Assembly: GCA_976226885.1 (NCBI GenBank)
Contig: OZ320317.1
Location: 93,496,001-93,560,000, forward strand
Source of the DNA: Iphione sp. A-MEVVRFRX5
Taxonomy: Eukaryota
Reading direction: 5' to 3'
DNA: 64,000 bases
Shown: in pieces, positions 47,001-59,996 of the stretch
How the letters are laid out: every line of letters starts with the position of its first letter
Position numbering within the stretch: the stretch's first letter is position 1
Position numbers and translations under genes: made by a program
Notes under the pieces: model-generated
Told to the model about the DNA's origin: nothing
The model's database searches: none
Seen by the model: the letters and a program-made list of their open reading frames with translations, nothing else

Positions 47001-48879
47001 TGAACAATGCCCAGAATCGCTGCAATGTGAAGGAATGTACATTATTCAAGAGTCTTTGCCTTATCTCGATTTCAATACAAGTGTGACATTAATTCCATCT
47101 GCTTCTTCCTATTCATGCGTAATTTGATAATTCTTTGTATTGACTGCTCTGCTAATCTCTTTTCCATTCAAGATCATAATGGCAATATTCTCATGTCGTA
47201 CGACTTTGTATGGTATTTGTTTGAAGTAATTCATTCCATTACTACTTTCTGTAATTACAACACCCCCCGATGTCATATTTATCCTTCCACACAAGTACAG
47301 TGGGCTTCTACTACCACGCCCGCAGCTAACTCCATGAGGAGACATTGAGGTTTTTCATTCTTCCTTTGCCTGTGGTAGCATTTGCAGGAAATCATGAAAG
47401 AATATTCCTGTCGGAAGATCTAAAATTCGTGGTAGTAGTTCCCACTCATGAAAGCATATGCCCGAATCCTCTGTTTGTGGGATGGTTTGTAGTGGAGAGT
47501 ATCATCTGGATATGTAAGGCCATAGGCCTACCACCCTTCCAGAATAAATAAACGTTTAAAAAAAAAAAAAATCGTCCACGTGGCCCACAAGAGCTACCAA
47601 TGTGCACGGTTCCCCAAATGTAGTTTGAGATGACGCCATCTGTATTTCAAGAAAAGTGTATTGGTTTCATCATATTGAATGCTTAACTGTAATATGATCA
47701 TATATACTTATTACAAATACTCATTCCTTAACTGTGTATCAAATGTATCACTACTGCCATTATCTTCCTCTTCAAGTATGAACCTGAAACTCTCTTTATT
47801 CTTTTCACTAGCCTCTCTCCATATTCCCTTGCCATCGCTCGTGTTACTTATTAACCATGCAGTATCACTCTTGGTATTTTTTCTTAATCATAACCAGTAA
47901 CCTATCCTTGATTACATCTTTTACTATATTTTTTTTGTATCTCTCCCTCTATATTTCCTACCTATTCCCTCCTTCTATGTATATGCCCAACAGCTGTACC
48001 TATGTAATGAGTTATTCATTTTATCATGTGTCCATGCATTGGGATTACTGTTAGTATGTCTCCATTATTCCACTTTACACACTATCAACTTATTTTCCGT
48101 GTGTGCTGTATGTGTGTATAACACAGGATTATTTTGGAAAAATGGGCCCTTCGTAAAGATTACTAAGCTTGATGCTATGGTAACTCATGAATGGAAGCAT
48201 TGTAAGTAGGTCGACTGCATGTCATGGGCACCTGCTACGGCATCATTGCCAACTTGACTGGTTTATTGAATGCTCTTCGTAAACTGTTGCGCTTCTTTGG
48301 AGTAAGTGGTTTTATTGTTAGTTGTATTTCGAAAAAGCTTAAACATTCCCCCCACTTAGTTATCTGTTCATAAATTTACTTGCATTCATTAACGGAACAT
48401 CGTGTCTCTTACCAGTTTGGGAAAACATTGTTTCAGTGACCGTTACATAGAAGGGAGTAGTCTGACAGACAAAATTCTTCAGTTCACTTGATATGGCCCA
48501 GTTTCGGAAAAGGTGAAATTTTGCAGGTATATGTTTTTAACTTAGAGAGTAATGGTACTTTGCTCAAATTAGTAAATGTGTTTCTTACATTTTTCCCCCT
48601 TCGTACTTGGTGACAGAATAACACATCTCATCAATGCAGTCTATTACCATACTAGTTACTCTTCGGAAAAATTAAATAAACAACAACACTTCCTATAACA
48701 GTACTTACTAATAATGTTCACATAAATGCAGTACACAATCATGTGAAAACAATAGAAACTTTCATCCTACCACCTCCACTTATTCACCGACAATACCAAA
48801 AGTAAAGTAAAAATTGAAGCATTTTATAAAGCTATAATCTATCACCACCACGAGACCACGTTCTCTTAAATATTAATCA

Positions 48880-49276
48880 TTAATAAAGTCTGACACCATA
48901 CCACCCACCTCACTACCCACTCACCATACCCCCAGTCTGACACTCTATCGTCCACCTCACTACCACCTCTCCCACTACCCACTCACCATACCTAGAGTCT
49001 AACACCCATTCATCCACCTTATTACCACCTCTCCCACAACACACTCACCATACACACAGTACCACCCACCTCACTACCACTGCCCCCACTACCCGCTTAC
49101 CATACCTTAGTCTTACATCCTACCACCCACCTTACTACCACGTCCCCATCATCCATTTACCATACACATATTCAGACAACCAACCACCCTCCTTACTATC
49201 ATTATTTAAACTACTGACTCGCCATTTCCAGAGTTTGACATACTACTCTCCACCTTACTACCACTTCCCTCACTAC
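48880..49276. repeat. Degenerate C-rich minisatellite (~60-bp unit, CCACC/CTACC-rich)
   Basis: Recurring ccacctcactaccac...cactcaccatac units ending at the LTR edge. Confidence 0.7.
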
Positions 49277-49749
49277 TGTAACAAAGAACACCACGAGCAG
49301 GTTCTTCAATCGTCCGGCCTTTATTTCTGAAGCAGCATCGCAGGTTACACGGTCGTCTCTGGCGGGTCCCAACAAGGACGCGCAACTCTCTCCTTATATA
49401 CCAAACAGTGACGTAAACAACGCTACAAAAGTATGCAAAGCCCGCCGCGCTATCAGCAGCGGAAGTCTCATTTAGACAGCATACGATTGATCACCCATTG
49501 TGTCGACTCCAACTAGCGACAATACCGCATGCCTCTACTGATAATACCTCGTTAATTGTAATGGTCACTTCGTTAACAAGATAAGGAACAACCTGTTTAC
49601 AAGTTGGACGTCACGTACGCCAATCGAAAATTTTAACTGCGTCTCCAGTAAAAGGCCCTTCTTTAACACGTATATCTGTACACTATACACAACACAGTAC
49701 GCCCTTTCCTCATGCATATATTCTTAACTCATTCCAGTACTGTGTTACA
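49277..49749 (-). mobile_element. 3' LTR (473 bp) of an LTR retrotransposon, probably Ty3/Gypsy
   Basis: TGTAACA...TGTTACA inverted termini; minus-strand TATATAA (~49395) and AATAAA (~49320); polypurine tract directly adjacent. Confidence 0.85.
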
Positions 49750-49763
49750 TCCCTCCCCTTCTT
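49750..49763 (-). other. Polypurine tract
   Basis: AAGAAGGGGAGGGA immediately 5' of the LTR on the minus strand. Confidence 0.85.
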
Positions 49764-49770
49764 GAGAGCA

Positions 49771-50218
49771 ATGCCACCATTGCTACACATATGTATGGCT
49801 AAGGCTATTGACCGCTATTACAAGGAGATCATGGCCAAGGCCATAGATCGATATTACGAGGAGAACAGCAAACACGGCCCACTCGGACCGAGGTCTTACA
49901 CAAGACTACACGCTCCGTATTCACGTACAGGAAAACCATCATCTGTTCCTGCCTAGGCCATTGGAAGAAGGCATCATCCGGTCGCTGCATCCACGCGCGC
50001 TGCCATCGGATCTCGAGCACGTCCCTATGGAGGAGGAACTACTCATCGGGAAGAACGAGGTCTCTACTCAACCATACACGGTCTTCCGTCTTGCGTTATA
50101 TAAATATTCCTATCTTCCTATTCTACCGTTTTTGTTTTTATTTTTATTTTTGTTTGCCGTTTTCCTTATGGAAAGAACACCCGTCACACTTCTGCAACTG
50201 GAGTTCAGGACCACGTAA
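49771..50218 (+). CDS. Antisense ORF in the 3' internal region of the LTR element (one frameshift needed to extend)
   Basis: MPPLLHIC-MAKAIDRYYKEI-MAKAIDRYYEEN...; the duplicated nonapeptide differs only at synonymous third positions; a neighbouring frame is open ~49845-50218. Confidence 0.5.
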
Positions 50219-51112
50219 CCATAAGAGGTTACAACAAGACACTCTACTGTTGAAGAAGTACAGATCAACCATTCTCATTCCACGAGTGTTTTTTTTTTAT
50301 TTTTTAAAGAGAAAGAAGGAAGATTAAAGAAATATGGAAGGGAAGCCAAGGATTTTGCTTTTGAGCTCATTCTGGTCCTTCAGTTCAGGAGAGGCCTTCA
50401 CCGAACAGATCAGCAACTGTGACCAATCACTGCCGGACAGGAATGTCAAGCAGAGGTGGTGCATTTTGAGGGAAACTCTCGTCCCACAGAAACAAGGTCT
50501 GACTCCCTTGGCGACCATGAGAAACCCGTTCACAGATCAGAGCGGACAGGCCTAAACCTGGCTCCTCGTCTGGAGGCTACCGTTCCAAAGAAGAAAAAGT
50601 GTGGCGGCCCTAAGGCTCAGACCATCCCTGGAGCGTTGAGAGGAGGGCACTCCGAAACGATATGTACAACTGGGAGACCAATCCTCTCAACCTCCCACGG
50701 TGGTCCGACACCTTCCCGTTACAGTAACCCAAGCGTTATAATGGTTATATCTTCTTTGCAGGTATCATGGTACGATACAATTCACAACCATGGCTGTCAG
50801 CCCCTCTGTCCATCGCAACACCGTCATCACAATTTATAATTGATCACACACGCGTATACATTGGTATATAATGATTATAGGTCAAGACATTTATAGCATA
50901 CACAGTGTTTTGTTGTTTTTTTTTTTTTCAATAACAACAATACTTCAACAATCGACCCGTCTGGTACCAACAATACCAGAAATAACAGCAACAACAAAAC
51001 AACTTAGGCAGTAGGCTCACCTGGCCCATGCCTGTGTCGACACTACATAACACAGTACACCTTGAGCGGGAGATCTTCTCTCCACCTGCCAACCATGTAC
51101 TCATAACCCTGC

Positions 51113-51607
51113 TTACTGAAATACGGAAAACGGATACTTCTTAGGGGCTGTCACCTGCAGTCCCCCGTTGCCTTCGGGTCGGTATACTTCAAGCTGCTGG
51201 GACGGACCACCAGACAAACGTACAGCACATTCAGGCACCACTCTCTCAGGCTCCGGTAAGGGTGGAATGGCATAGGTAACCGTGGTGTTAGTAGGTCGCA
51301 CCCGTTCAGGACTTTCCTTTGCACTCGATTCCCCCAAATTAATAGTGATTGGAGCTGACCCATTCCCGGTTCCTCTCGGTCCCATGGACGACCGTTGAGC
51401 TAACTGTCTCCATCTCCCCTTCTTACACAAGCAACAATAACAGCACATCCCCAAGGTCAGGGCTGAACTCAGTCCCCCTAACGCCCAGATGATCGTAGAA
51501 GTTATTGAGGTTCCCGGCAACAAGGGATTTCCTGCCACCCGATCGTGTAAATTGTTGATACGTTGCATGATGTCCGCTACATCTGACTCCATTAACCTTC
51601 TCACCAC
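51113..51607 (-). CDS. Envelope-like protein C-terminus (helical stretch, TM segment, Cys cluster, cytoplasmic tail)
   Basis: VADIMQRINNLHDRV...IIWALGGLSSALTLGMCCYCCLCKKGRWR...; lies upstream of PPT/LTR in env position; 5'-truncated by the satellite. Confidence 0.6.
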   Translation of the reverse strand: MVRRLMESDVADIMQRINNLHDRVAGNPLLPGTSITSTIIWALGGLSSALTLGMCCYCCLCKKGRWRQLAQRSSMGPRGTGNGSAPITINLGESSAKESPERVRPTNTTVTYAIPPLPEPERVVPECAVRLSGGPSQQLEVYRPEGNGGLQVTAPKKYPFSVFQ

Positions 51608-51639
51608 TGAATTCCTCGGCTAATTCTCCACAGAATTCA

Positions 51640-53720
51640 GTACCTTTTTGCTTGATGGGTTGCAAAACCTTTTTCCAAGACTGAAGTAATAAGTCATATA
51701 TCATTGAAAAGCATATTTCATCAATTTTCCAAAAATTATAATTTTGGAAATTTTTGGTTACCATGGTAACCATATTGGAATAATATTTCTAAATTTCATG
51801 CAAATATTAAATAGACTGCCATTTTATATATGTAGTTGACATGAATTTACTTTGCACTGACACAGAACACTAGTACAAGCATATATCTATATTTTGATAT
51901 ACTGGTTACTATAGTAACATCTATCATAGGTAACATGGGGTCAATGAAAAAGGATAAGTACCATCCTTTTTCGACATCAGTCAAAAATACAGCATGATGC
52001 AAAATGACTGCTTTCAATCATAAGAGTGGTTGTATTCAACCCTGTATTATGGCGGTTTACCTATATACATATACTAAATAACATATCTCCTTATAATCTA
52101 GGATGCAAGAGTTTTTCACTTTCTGATACAAGTGAATTATTTGATGGTAACCATGGCAACCAAATAAAATTTACCTAAAAATGTAGCAGATCATTTATCA
52201 AAGGGAAATAGTATCTTTTTTTGCTGGCAAGCACTCTGTAATGAATGAATCATCTCAGTTTGCAGTCTTGCTGATCGTTCCATAGATTGTTACCATGGTA
52301 ACATCACAAACAACTAAAGCAGAGTGGATCCAAATAGGATACACATATCTGAATGAGCTCTGTCAGCAAAATGCTGCAAATGGCAAGTTGGCTGCTTTCA
52401 GTCATAAGAGTGGTTGCATTCAACCCTGCATTATGGCTGTTTACCTGTACATATCTATTAAATAACATATCTCATTATGACGTAGGACATGAAAAGATTT
52501 CATAAATTGAAATAAAAAGATTATTCTATGGTTACCATGGCAACCAAGGGAAATGAACTACAAAATATATCAGGTCAGTCATATATCAGAGGGAAATATT
52601 ACTTTTTTTGTTACTCAAGCTGCTTTAAAAAGTAAATTATTTCATTTTATAGTCATGCTGATGAGTTCCTAGATTGTAACCATGGTAACATCATCAACAA
52701 CTGAAGCAGAGACCATCCAAGTAGGATACACATATCAAAATGAGCCATGTCAGCAAAATGCTGCATATGGCAAAATGACTGCTTTCAGTCATGAGAGTGG
52801 TTGCATAAAACCATAAATTGTAGCTATTTACCTATGAACATATACTGATTAAGATATGTCATTATGATGTAGGACATGAAAAGTTTTTATAAATTGAAAT
52901 AAGAAGATTATTCTATGGTTACCATGGCAAGCAAGGGAAATGAACTGCAAAATATATCAGGTCAGTCATATATCAGAGGGAAATATTACTTTTTTTGTTA
53001 CTCAAGCTGCTTTAAAAAGTAAATTATTTCATTTTATAGTCGTGCTGATGAGTTCCTAGATTGTAACCATGGTAACATCAACAACTGAAGCAGAGACCAT
53101 CCAAGTAGGATATACACATATCCAAATGAGCTATGTCAGCAAAATGCTGCATATGGCAAAATGACTGCTTTCAGTCATGAGAGTGGTTGCATAAAACCAT
53201 AAATTGTAGCTATTTACCTATAAACATATACTGATTAAGATATGTCATTATGATGTAGGACATGAAAAGTTTTTATGAATTGAAATAAGAAGATTATTCT
53301 ATGGTTACCATGGCAACCAAGGGAAATGAACTGCAAATATATCAGGTCAATCATATATCAGACGGAAATATTACTTTTTTTGCCAACAAGCACTCTGTAA
53401 TGAATGAATCATCTCAGTTTACAGTCTTGCTGATCGTTCCATAGATTGTTACCATGGTAACAGCACAAACAACTGAAGCAGAGCGGATTCAAATAGGATA
53501 CAGATATCTAAATGAGCTCTGTCAGCCAAATTCTGCATATGGCCAAATCACTGTTTCTGACTATGAGAGTGGTTACATTCAGTGATAAATTAGGGCTATT
53601 TTCTTGTAAACAACTTCTGGATAACATCCCTCATAGTGATCTAGGATATAAGAAGTTCTTAAGTATTGATCAAAATTTAATCATTTGATGGTTACCATGG
53701 CAACCAATTGAAATTTACCC
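51640..53720. repeat. Tandem satellite, ~387-bp unit x5, two palindromic X-box-like motifs per unit
   Basis: GT(T/A)ACCATGG(C/T)AA(C/G) at 51757, 52147, 52531, 52918, 53304, 53691 (period 384-390) and 52289, 52676, 53063, 53448. Confidence 0.92.
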
Positions 53721-54513
53721 CCTATCCTAAATCAGATTTAAACTTATAACTGAATTGCATCTATTGGTTACTTGAAACTAAAATATGAACGAATTCTCCA
53801 AGCTGATAATTGTGTTGACATAATGTTTGGCTTGTTGTTATGGTTACATTCTAGACAATAGAAAGGGATGACTTAGGACAAAAAATTACAAAAACAATAG
53901 CAAGTTGAGTTTGAAATAGATTTATTCTATGTACATTTCTGGCCATACAAATAATAGTGCATAATTTGATTTCATTTTTCATGCTAAATTCAAAATATAA
54001 AGACAGTGACAAAAGAAAGATAAGAAACAATGCATATGAAAAGGCAATATGATAGACAAAAGTCAGAGCTATGTAGGCAACATGTGTACAATAGGGACAG
54101 AACTTGATATCAGGAACAGTTATCACAGAGAATATGGATAAATCACAGACAGAATCATCAGGTTAAATTGCCAATAGGCTGGATCTCCCCACACCATCTC
54201 AACACCCTTAGCATGTACACCATGACCATTTGAAGATAATGCAACACCAAGATGCTGTGCTGAGTTTGTATGAGTCAATTCTGATTCTTGAAACTAATTT
54301 TACAGGTCCTTGCACAAGTCATGTTGGGAGTCTTACACATGTCACTCGTTGGGGGAGTAACTGTCACCTGCAATCAGTAAAAGATATTTTATCATTTCAA
54401 ATAATCTATACAATATCTATATCATAATTAATGTTTTTCTATGTTTTTATTGAAAAACATAAAAATTCAAGCTATAGTAAAGATAAATCCTTTAGAAGAA
54501 CTATAAATGTTAC

Positions 54514-57500
54514 CTAGTTCCAGTACTCTTTCTTGTGGTGCCAGTCAGACCAGCATGTTGAATTGTCTCTGATGCAGAGATGTGCCTGGCAATGCCGACT
54601 TGCACACATGAATGTTGTCTTGGACCTTTCATGTGTGCTAGGGTCCCTTTGATGCTTTGTCTCACACACAACACATCTGTGGTTTGTGCCTTCACTCTTT
54701 ACTGGGATATGGTCCGTGTCTGTCAGCCTGCCCAGTGTTGTTGGCGCACGCATTGTCCCAACTTTCTCCTTGCTGAGAATGTATGGACCAATTCCTTTGC
54801 CACCTGGATAAACAGGAAATAAAACAATATGTTATTAAGGGATAATATATATAATGTATATATAAATATATATTATATTTATTAAAATATTAATATAAAA
54901 TATGAACTTACCTCTCTACAGAAGTAGCGGAAGTCACATCGCCGATGTGATGCTGGCAGATGAGCTACTTTTCTCCAAATGACATAAGCATTGTATGCTG
55001 CCCACAGCAGCAGCTTCCGTTCCAGCTTGATATGCCTGATGAATATTTTGCAAAAGTTTGATACAATGAGTGGGCCATCATTCTGAGTAAGGAAATAGGA
55101 CCATAGATTCTAGTAGCATCTGTTCCTCTTTGCAGATGAAGAAGTCATGATATATTTTATGATACTACAACTTTACAAATACTGATCTTAGGTAAATGTA
55201 AATAACTCAGTTGTATAAGAAATAAGATTTTTTTTATGTGATCTTAAAGAAATCTATTTTTAGCATTCACATAAGCCTACCACTTATATGATTTCCGACT
55301 GCGATCAATGGTGGTCATACGTCCATTCAAATCAACCCCACCCATATGCATATTGTATGCTTTTACAGATGGGGGGGCTGTAATGGCATGCTTCTGCCCT
55401 CTGGAATCCACACGGCTTACAGTGCATGCATAATCCGCCACATGAATTGTGGACAGAAATCCAATGGGTCTTTTGTCTTGCCATATTGTTGCAAGCATTC
55501 CTATAAAAAAGACGAGGTTATTGATATATTTTCAAATACCCATGTTTAGAGGTATTTAAATATATCTATAAATTAAGCAAGTTCTTCTAAGAGTTACTAA
55601 CAGGAAATGGGAAAAGTCAAATTTCATTGAATAATTTTAATGGTTTGACCTCTGAAATAATAAATCAAAGGTGAAATTATTATATGATAACCTCCCACAA
55701 AGAGTAAGTATATAAATATGTACTTACCAGTATTTTGGCATTGAAGCCATCTGCTTTGTCCTGGCTCCAGCTGTGGCAAGTTTGAAGGTTTCAGACATTC
55801 GGGTAGACCGCGTCTATTCCACATAACTGTGCCACAAGCACTGAGGTCAAGCTTTGTCAGATAGCCAAAGAGCAAGGGACTAGTGTAGAACCTTCATCAC
55901 AACAAAGAAAACATTAAAATATTACATTTATGATTGTTGACAAATGTTTGCATTCACAATATGCAAATAATCTCAAAGTATCTCAATAATACTCAAAGTA
56001 TAATTACAGTACATTATTGTTCATATTTATTGTTTTCTTTGCTCCTAAATTCTTTTGTCTTTATATATATTTACTTAACTTCTAAATATGGAGGGAGCTC
56101 TCACAAAAATATGTGTATTCCTGACATACAAGATGTGCAGTTTTGGATTGAAAATGTCCCTAGCTAGCTAAAAGAAAAAATGTTCTGTATGTATAATATT
56201 CTAAATTAAATTTGATTTAATATTCCTGGGCTGTGTATGATATCAAGTATGAATAATTTAAATTCCCTGATATTCTTTACCTGTCCATGTATACATGGTA
56301 TCCTAAACCATGCAAGGGTTTAGTTAGAGTTACTACAGCTCTTGATGCTAACCCAATTGTGGTGCAGTCTGATAATGTGTCTTTGCCAGCATATATCTCA
56401 AAGTTGTAGTTATAACTGAAACAGAATTTCAATAGGACTTTTATGTGATTAGATCTTGCTACATGTATATTACAAAAGAAACATCACAACACATAATACA
56501 CATGATATATGTGGTGTGACTGAATGTAATAAAAATCATAAATGATTATCAATAAACTCTCTTTAAGAACAAAAAAACAAATATAATTTGACAATCTAAT
56601 GTGCCTGATGAGACATAGACAAAACCATGTGATTATTGTGAATCATAAAAAGAGCAGCATAGCAAATCAAGAAACTACATTGTGGGACCTTAGAGCACCA
56701 TAGCAAAAAGGTCACAAACAGATATATAAAGGGAGGCAATGTATTGGCTGGCCACACACTCGGTAGCACACAGCATAGTCTACCAATGCTTTACCAATAG
56801 ACCATAAAGTGACATAACCATGATGTTGAGTCCTGTAACTTACATACCAGGTCTATCCATAATGCAGTGTTCTACTGTGTTAATTGCTGATACAACATTT
56901 CTTTTTTGGAAAAATAATTATGTTTTGAAAAGCTGATACATCAGTACTGCTCTAACAAACACAGATACAAATTTTTACAAAAAATACAGTCAAGAAACCC
57001 TATTTGTGACCACATCAATTAGCAACCATTTGCTATTTGTGAACACACAAGGTGGGAGGAAAACTGCTGATTTCTATACATTTGATAACCTATTTGCAAC
57101 CAAATTCGCCAATGGGACCATTTAAGTTTGTAGCAGAGAGTTGGTCACAAATAGGCTTTCAGCTGTTTAAGATGAAAAAGTGCAGGTGTTCCTGAAGAGA
57201 TATTTACCCAGTTTTAGAATCTGCCAGCATGAATGCCTTGATACCCCACTTAACTGGCTTATCCTTGCAATACTGTTTGAATCGAAGACGTCCCTTAAAT
57301 GGTACCATTGTTTCATCCACGCAAACTTCCTGATCAGGAATATATTCTCTCTGAAATGCTTGACAATAAGAGTAACGCTGTTAAATATATGAGAAGGTTT
57401 TTTATCCGCTTTTCAATCTTTTTTTCAAATTATTCTCAGTAATCACAATTCATTTACACTTTCATTGTACCTTTAACCAGGAACTAGATATTTATCATTT

Positions 57501-59336
57501 TAGTGATTCTTCTATATTATCCTGGGGTAGCATCTGTCAGTGACAACTGAGAGAGCAGAATGTCTGTTGTTGCCCCATACTTTTGTTTTAAACAGGGTTC
57601 TGGGGTTTGTCTGTCCATGGAGTCAGGATACTATACATCCATGGCCTTTGTTACAAGTTGTAGACCTTTCCTTGTTGGGGCTACACTAAATCCCAGATCC
57701 AGGATTAAGCCTGTGACCTCTCAATCAGAAGACTAGTGCTAGTCAGCACCAATTGAGCTAACTCCCCACTTCTTAGATAAATAAGATCTGAATCTATCAA
57801 ACAAAAATAGTTAAATAAACTTACTTCTTTGAAGTTGGCAGATGAATGATCTTATTTTGTACAGCTCATCTGATGAGCCACAGATGTCATGGTTTTCGTT
57901 TTCATCACAAAAATGAAGATATCTCAGTACTTGGGTCAGTCTTGTCCTTGGGAAAATGTCTGCAATCCCAGATGATCCAAGTAGTGGGAACCTGCAAGCA
58001 TGAATAATTCATAAATATCTACAAATATTATCAAAATGTAGAATAGAATTTCAAGTTATTATTACCTAATATCTGAAAATGTATTCCTTTAAAAGAATTT
58101 CATTTGTATATACTTGCATTTCCTTATTGAAAAAGAAGTTGCTGTATCTACAGATGTGTCTTTTAAAAAAACATTTGAGATATGGACCCTTCAGATATTG
58201 TGTATTTAATGAATAAGCATGTCATCCTTCTTTTATCTAACTAATTCTACTTACTTTTGGGAATAAAGATCTTCCAGTGGCCTTCCTTTGTACTCCAGCT
58301 CCAGAGTTAACTGGACACCAAAGAAGGCCTTCAGTTCTTCCAAAGTCAGATTTCTCCACTCTCCTCTATTCTTCTCTGGATGCTTTGCTTTCTTCTGCTG
58401 GGCATTTAGATTTGTCCAGTGTACAACCTGTATGGGCACATTATCAAATAGAGTTAAAATGTGCCATTGTAGTTAGACCTGTGCAATATAGCCTTTTCTC
58501 TAAAGAAACCCCATACATTTTTAGCAGGTCCCTTTAGCAGCACATTAGTAGCAAAATAAGCACTTGCTGAAGTAGGGTGTTTTCAGCTGATCAGTTTTGA
58601 GATTCAACGATTCATTCTAGAATTTTATTCACAATTAACAGTACATATATCTAGGGTGATATAGAGGTATTATAAAATATGAATTGTCACCAGATGCCAT
58701 ATTACTAAAATCCATATTATTTGCATAAAATATAAATTACTGTTCATACCTTTTCCATGTACTCATCAGAGATGAACAGTTCAAGATAGTCCTTGAACTG
58801 GGGCAAAGGATCTTTGACTTTAGGCCCAACTTCTGTTGGCAAAAAGGAAGGGACTGTTCTTGTTACTTCATTTGGCTGCCAGTCAAAAACTAGCTCCTCT
58901 TCATGTTCCAAGAAATGAAGAACACAAAAATTGTCTTCAATTTCTTCTTGAACAGCTGGAAGGTGTAGATAACAGAAAATATATTGAAACAACTTTACTG
59001 AGATCATAAATCCTTGTAAAAGGCTGTCCTGATATTTTACAATAATTTAGTCCGGTCAATTCTCAGCTAACAACTTGATCACCAGAATGTAGAAGAAAAC
59101 AGAGATTTCCATTCCCACAAGTGGTCCTTTAAGTTGATGGTACTGTACTCACCATTTTGGTAATCATCGAGAAAATCTCTTTTATCCACTTCCTCCAATT
59201 CCTCATCTGAGCTGAAGCTGGAATCAGTGCTGTCATCACTTTTTTGACTGGAGATGTGGCTACTACCAGAAGCTTCTAGTGGCAAAGAAGCACAGGCACC
59301 TGCTGCCTCAGCAAGGAGGGCCAGCTCTGACATCAT
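54514..59336 (-). CDS. 10-exon piggyBac (PGBD4-like) transposase, open except one frameshift in the last exon
   Basis: Exons 59153-59336, 58750-58955, 58255-58427, 57825-57991, 57208-57358, 56281-56415, 55728-55891, 55281-55500, 54912-55035, 54514-54803; all nine junctions GT-AG and phase-compatible; VDET, MDRFYTS and GGVD catalytic motifs; C-terminal CRD. Confidence 0.88.
56994..57160. mobile_element. Small MITE-like element in an intron
   Basis: 19-bp inverted repeat GAAA(C/G)CCTATTTGTGACCA at 56994-57012 and 57142-57160; no TSD seen. Confidence 0.55.
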
Positions 59337-59544
59337 GAGATCTACAAGACAGGTAGATTTTCAATAGACACAATGGGAAGAATAAGGAGGAGTTGCTCAT
59401 GAAATATCAGATGGCCACTGTGTGATGTGGACACCACAAAATAGAGCTCTTATGGAGTGGAAAAAGGAGGTGGCAGGAATCAGTGTACAGTCTTTCAGTC
59501 ACCCTCACACTCATACTCAGACTTTCCAGACTCATATTCACATT

Positions 59545-59995
59545 TGGACCCAAATTTCTGTCTACTGCTCAAGATTCACAAAAACAAAATTCCTTCTCCA
59601 GGTTGACCCATTTTAAGTGCTAACAACTGCCTGACTAAAAAAATCTCTCAACCAGTAGACCTCATCATAAACCCTCTAGTACCCACATTGAAATCATAAG
59701 TAAAGGAGACCGACCACTTTCTACGACTGGTAGAGAACATGAAAGACATACCAAGTGGCAGTATTCTGGTATCTCTAGATGTCAGCAGCCTATACACAAA
59801 CATACCCAACAATGAAGTCATACTAGCCACAAAACGAATACTATTGAAACACCAAGACCCCTATCCAACCCAAGCATTCTGAGTACAATCAAATTACTGG
59901 AAATAGTTTTAACATGTAACAACTTCATGTTCAATGACAAACACTACCTACAGATAGGAAGCATAGCTATGGGTACAAGACTGGCCCCTTTGTTT
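59545..59995 (+). pseudogene. Penelope-like RT fragment
   Basis: PNFCLLLKIHK...PG*PILSANNCLTKKISQPVD...LDVSSLYTNIP...NNFMFNDKHYLQIGSIAMGTRLAP. Confidence 0.88.
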
Positions 59996-59996
59996 A

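Noticed and set aside
47679-48300. Exon-like piece near 48125-48200 and pyrimidine-rich ORFs as a host gene
   Set aside because: No recognisable protein motif and no chain of phase-compatible exons
56603-56630. CCTGATGAGAC...AAAAC as a hammerhead (similar CTGATGAG words at ~15578, ~23385 and in the satellite)
   Set aside because: No GAAA at the right distance and no complementary stem II
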